A stretch of 64,000 nucleotides of DNA, taken from Mobula hypostoma (taxonomy: Eukaryota). Position 1 is the first letter of the stretch, and every line of letters begins with the position of its first letter. The stretch lies in contig NC_086115.1 of NCBI RefSeq assembly GCF_963921235.1, positions 24,986,001-25,050,000 on the forward strand, given 5' to 3'. Position numbers and translations under genes: made by a program. The notes under the pieces were generated by a model. That model was given only the letters and a program-made list of their open reading frames with translations. It was not told the DNA's origin and did no database searches. This document shows positions 61,343-64,000 of this stretch, piece by piece.

Positions 61343-64000
61343 TGTTTTCTATTGTGTATTTAATATATCAGTAATATTTGAATAATATTGTAGACATACT
61401 ATTTGACTAAGCATTCTTTGTTTCAATAATTCATTATGGGTTGTATGTAAAAGTATGTGTGTCGCATATGTAACTCTGCCACCATGTCATATCTACATGA
61501 CTCGCTGAAAGTAAAAAAGAAACTGGACTCAAGTAATCCCTGGCTCTCCTTTGCTTATCTTTCAATTAATTTATGGAGTTACAAAACATAACAGTAGTGA
61601 TGAGGATGTTTTAAATGAAGTGCAGCGTGCAGTGTGCTTTCTTCGCAAGAGGAGAAGACAGCCGAGTTAAATGAAAGGCATAAATGGACAAAATTCACAG
61701 GTTCATAAACAGTGAGTACTGAGTGCTAATAATAACAATACTTTTTTTTTAAAAAAAAGCAGAAATGGCTGGCTGCATCGGAAATTGCACAAGAGATAAT
61801 TGGTTGATACATACTGAGTGAACAGAGTAGTATCTTGAAGCAAATGAAGTAGCCAATGAAACACGAGTGACCTTGTTATGTACATTGTGTAAAAAAGCAT
61901 ACCGTTTGCTTAGAAGTTTGACTACTCCAACCAACCAGCTTAAATGAGCTTTGCTGATATTGTGAAAGTAATGCAGGAACATTTAGAAACCATTGTTGTT
62001 TGCAAAACACTTTTGATTTCATAAACAGAATCAAAAGGAAGAGCAAACACGAGGAAATCTGCAGATGCTGGAAATTCAAGCAACACGCACAAAAAATTGC
62101 TGGTGAATGACTGGCACAAATCGAAGAAGAGTTAACCAGCTTCAAGATTCACAACCAATCCTCTGTTATCAAGGTCATATTAAGCTCTCTTTCCCAATCT
62201 TGCTAAATCTTAAGTAAAGGATAATTGTCCTGTTGTAATAGTAAATTATAAATTTTCCCAATAAAACCTTTCACTAAAGGGTTCATTTTTAAAATAATAT
62301 CTAACAGGTCAGAATCTTGTATATATGGAAAATTACTTAAATATTCTTGTAAAAAATGGCTGACCTGAAGATCTTGCAAAATATGCTGACCTGAAGATAT
62401 TGCAAAAAGTGCTGGTGAACGCAGCAGGCCAGGCAGCATCTATAGGAAGAGGTGCAGGTCCTGACGAAGGGTCCCAGCCCAAAACATCAACTGTACCTCC
62501 TCCTATAGATGCTGCCTGGCCTGCTGCGTTCACCAGCATTTTTTGTGTGTGTTGCTCAAAAGGAAGAACAGTCCATTTCAGTGTAGGTGGCTGAATTGAA
62601 GAGATTATCTGAGCGTTCTCAGTTCAGTGATAAGCCTAATGATGCACTGAAAGGTTGTTTTGTTTGTGGAATCTTGCAGGAAAGCATTCAAAAATGGCTG
62701 CTAATTGAGCAGTTGAATTCTGTGTATCATTGGAAACTGCAGACAGATGCAATTGAGTTGTGGTCAGGAATTAAAGTGAGTGAGAGCAAAATAGCAACAT
62801 CTAAACAGAAACTGGCCTGGTTGAGCAAGTTGTGTTACGTATGTGCCAGGAGCTCACATACATCAGACCAATAATGTTTTAAAGGTGAATCTTGCAGAAA
62901 ATGCAACAAAGTAGGACACATGCAAAGAGCATCTCGGGCAGACAAAAATAAATAGACTGCACAGGGATTGGAAAAAAAGATAAAAAGTCAAGTTGTGGTT
63001 TCAAAAAGAGCACTAATCTGCATGCTGTTGATAAAAAAATCTGATAATGATGAGAGTGACACAGGACTAAGTAGCCTTGAGATTTACAATGTGAAAACTA
63101 GCAAGAGAAAAGTAATATAACTTACACCAGAAGTGAACGGCAAATTAATTAGCATGGAAAAGGAACCAAGCTCAGCTGTTTCAGTCATTCCTCATAATGA
63201 GTTTGAACAGCATTTCAAAGATACTAGACTGAAACCTGCAGATATAAAACTAAAGACATACTGGAGAAAAGATAACTCTTGTGGGAATGACATTTTTAAC
63301 AGTGAAACACAACAACGAACAAGACAGATTGTGATATGTGGTAAAAACAGGGGAGGTAGCATTGTGGGCACGCGATTGGCTGAGGCATCTACAACTTGAT
63401 TGGTGGTCTATCCACCATTTCAATGCCACGTCTCCTGCAATAGGGTCCTGAAAGTGAATTAAGAAAGGTACTGGATGATGCCCCAGTAGTGTTTGATGAT
63501 GGCACTGGAAAACTCAAACATATCAAGGGTAAAATAGTATCAAATGAAAATGCCACACTCAAGTTTTACAAAGCCCATCTGTCTCCTATACCATCTGTGA
63601 TAAAATAGTCAGTGAGCTAGATTGCCTGGAGACTGGAGGAATTCTTTCCAAGGTTGAGTGAAACCTATGGGCAACACCAGTGGTCCCAGTAGCCAAGAAG
63701 TATAGGTCTGTTAGGATCTGTGGTGATTTTAGTGTTACCATCAACCCAATACTGAAAGTAGATCAGTAGCCACTGCCCAGGATGGAGAATATCTTTGCAA
63801 ACCTTTCTGGAGGAAAATAATTCAGTAAAGTGGACTTAGCTGAAGCCTACCTACAGATGGAGATGGAAGAAGAGTCCAAAGTGTTTCATACCATAAACCC
63901 TGACAACGCTTTATCACTATAATAGGCTTATTTCTGCAGTAGCATCTGTACCCGCACTCTGGCAGAAAGTCATGGACCAGGTGCTGCAAGGCCTCCCAGA
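61343..64000 (+). mobile_element. Decayed Ty3/Gypsy LTR retrotransposon (5' LTR about 61343-61593, gag, protease, RT; runs off the window)
   Basis: LTR ends ...CATAACA, then PBS-like GTAGTGATGAGGAT; two decayed CCHC knuckles (CYVCARSSH, CRKCNKVGH); protease remnant VNGKLISME...SAVSVI; [34 protein letters not shown] with stops. Confidence 0.85.
62043..62555. mobile_element. Chimeric Penelope-derived insertion in Gypsy gag, containing an L1-like ORF2 fragment; 12-bp TSD
   Basis: TSD TCAAAAGGAAGA at 62031-62042 and 62556-62567; PLE 3' end 62043-62107; L1-like segment about 62108-62400; fold-back 62404-62544. Confidence 0.75.

Noticed and set aside
62358-62410. CRISPR-like or regulatory direct repeat
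   Set aside because: Only two adjacent units of about 26 bp with no spacer, at a retroelement junction in eukaryotic DNA.
61700-64000. Domesticated or active Gypsy gag-pol gene
   Set aside because: Multiple stops and frameshifts, protease DTG motif lost, and an insertion in gag.

Overview
Vertebrate genomic DNA, most likely a cartilaginous fish (shark or ray), inferred from the repeat families (HE1-like V-SINEs, Deu-like SINEs, abundant CR1). Two host genes lie tail-to-tail, as in mammals: two-exon EGR2/Krox20 (+, 19671-21406, 414 aa) with a CArG/ETS/CRE immediate-early promoter, and intronless ADO (-, 48617-49381, 254 aa) with a CpG-island promoter. The rest is mostly layered transposons: CR1, Rex/Babar-like and RTE-like LINEs, SINEs, Tc1/pogo and hAT MITEs, and a decayed Gypsy element. 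The most notable signal is a family of Penelope-derived elements carrying minimal hammerhead ribozymes (about 10 copies, at least 3 with an intact core and stem I). Several inserted as fold-back structures with clean TSDs, one has its inversion junction at the predicted self-cleavage site, and that same insertion carries a captured L1 fragment. Also notable are a probable CYHR1/ZFTRAF1 coding fragment inside an RTE-like element and a perfect SoxE-dimer-type palindrome upstream of EGR2. All family assignments come from motif recognition by eye, not database searches, and boundaries of decayed repeats are approximate.
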